Shown here: positions 40,496 through 40,819 of the stretch, in pieces
Layout of the letters: every line of letters begins with the position of its first letter
Position numbering within the stretch: the stretch's first letter is position 1
From: Christensenellales bacterium
GTDB taxonomy: Bacteria; Bacillota; Clostridia; Christensenellales; Aristaeellaceae
Assembly: GCA_045126095.1 (NCBI GenBank)
Contig: JBGVOA010000475.1
Location: 1-40,819 of the forward strand
Length of the DNA stretch: 40,819 nt
Direction of reading: 5' to 3'
The notes under the pieces: generated by a model
The model's input: the letters and a program-made list of their open reading frames with translations, nothing else
Told to the model about the DNA's origin: nothing
Database searches by the model: none
Made by a program: the position numbers and the translations under genes

Positions 40496-40529
40496 AGCCC
40501 CGACGCAGCCATGAGCGCCGGGGCTTTTG
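40496..40529 (+). terminator. intrinsic terminator-like hairpin in the late leader
   Basis: AGCCCCG-a-CGC (40496-40506), an 8-nt loop, GCG-c-CGGGGCT (40515-40525), then TTTG. Lies about 45 nt downstream of the predicted start site and 34 nt before the HNH start. Confidence 0.55.
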
Positions 40530-40562
40530 CTATCAATAAGACACTGACATGGAGGTGAGCGC

Positions 40563-40805
40563 GTGGCCAACGATCCGTATTACAAGACCGGGAAACACCG
40601 CAAGTGGCGGGCGGCAGTCCTTCGTAAAGACAAGTACCTTTGCCAGGAGTGCGCACGGTATGGACGCAGGACAGCGGCGACCCACGCGCACCACAAGATC
40701 CCAAGATCAGAGCGTCCGGATCTGGCGCTGGTAATCAGCAACGGAGTCGCGCTTTGCACCTCTTGTCACGACAAGATAGAGCCGAGGGTACCGCGGCGGG
40801 GGTAG
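40563..40805 (+). CDS. HNH endonuclease (packaging-associated)
   Basis: 80 aa from a GTG start 4 nt after GGAGGTGA. 'CQECARYGRRTAATHAHHKIPRSERPDLALVISNGVALCTSCHDK' contains the HNH/CxxC motifs. Adjacent to terS when the window ends are joined. Confidence 0.9.
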   Translation: MANDPYYKTGKHRKWRAAVLRKDKYLCQECARYGRRTAATHAHHKIPRSERPDLALVISNGVALCTSCHDKIEPRVPRRG

Positions 40806-40819
40806 CCCCCCCACCCCGG

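Noticed and set aside
1-40819. Scan for tRNA, tmRNA, rRNA, CRISPR arrays, transposases, reverse transcriptase (DGR or retron) and methyltransferases.
   Set aside because: None was recognised by eye in the intergenic regions or the ORF translations. A tRNAscan or Infernal run would be needed to exclude small RNAs formally.

Overview
The window reads as one complete temperate siphovirus-type phage genome of about 40.8 kb. The host looks like a high-GC Firmicutes/Clostridia-type bacterium. No bacterial flank is visible. The sequence is written in virion order: it opens 31 nt before terS and ends 14 nt after an HNH endonuclease gene.

Modules from left to right:
- HK97-like packaging and head genes: terS, terL, portal, prohead protease, and a capsid with a delta domain.
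- Neck genes and the major tail protein.
- A low-GC moron inserted in the tail cluster.
- The tail assembly chaperone pair, with a clean -1 frameshift signal.
- Tape measure, Dit, a 1.5k-aa Tal, and a mosaic 1075-aa receptor-binding protein.
- A lysis cassette: NlpC/P60 endolysin, an XhlA-like protein and a holin.
- Two cargo operons of unknown function.
- A lysogeny block on the minus strand: an AP2-like protein, a large serine integrase, an HTH regulator, a DEDDh exonuclease and a CI-like repressor.
- A divergent CI/Cro-type switch.
- A rightward early region with a ParB-like protein, a Lar-like protein, a MazG-domain protein, an HUH Rep-like protein and many small zinc-ribbon ORFs.
- A sigma-region-4-like late regulator and the HNH endonuclease.

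No tRNA, rRNA, CRISPR array or transposase was seen.

Best candidates for undescribed biology:
- (i) A self-contained five-gene operon (23.7-26.4 kb) encoding Q/P-rich, Gly/Cys-rich and His/Asp/Glu-rich proteins with no recognisable catalytic motif.
- (ii) A separately promoted zinc-ribbon / coiled-coil / DEDDh exonuclease inside the lysogeny module.
- (iii) A minus-strand three-gene operon that ends in a small XRE HTH protein, an acr-aca-like or toxin-antitoxin-like layout.
- (iv) A second switch-like locus next to the integrase, with TATCAGCG repeats and two small paralogous genes.
- (v) A 10-bp-phased TGCAAC array, a promoter and an intrinsic terminator ahead of the late operon.

All family names come from motif recognition by eye, with no database search. 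Start codons were refined by RBS spacing and several remain uncertain.
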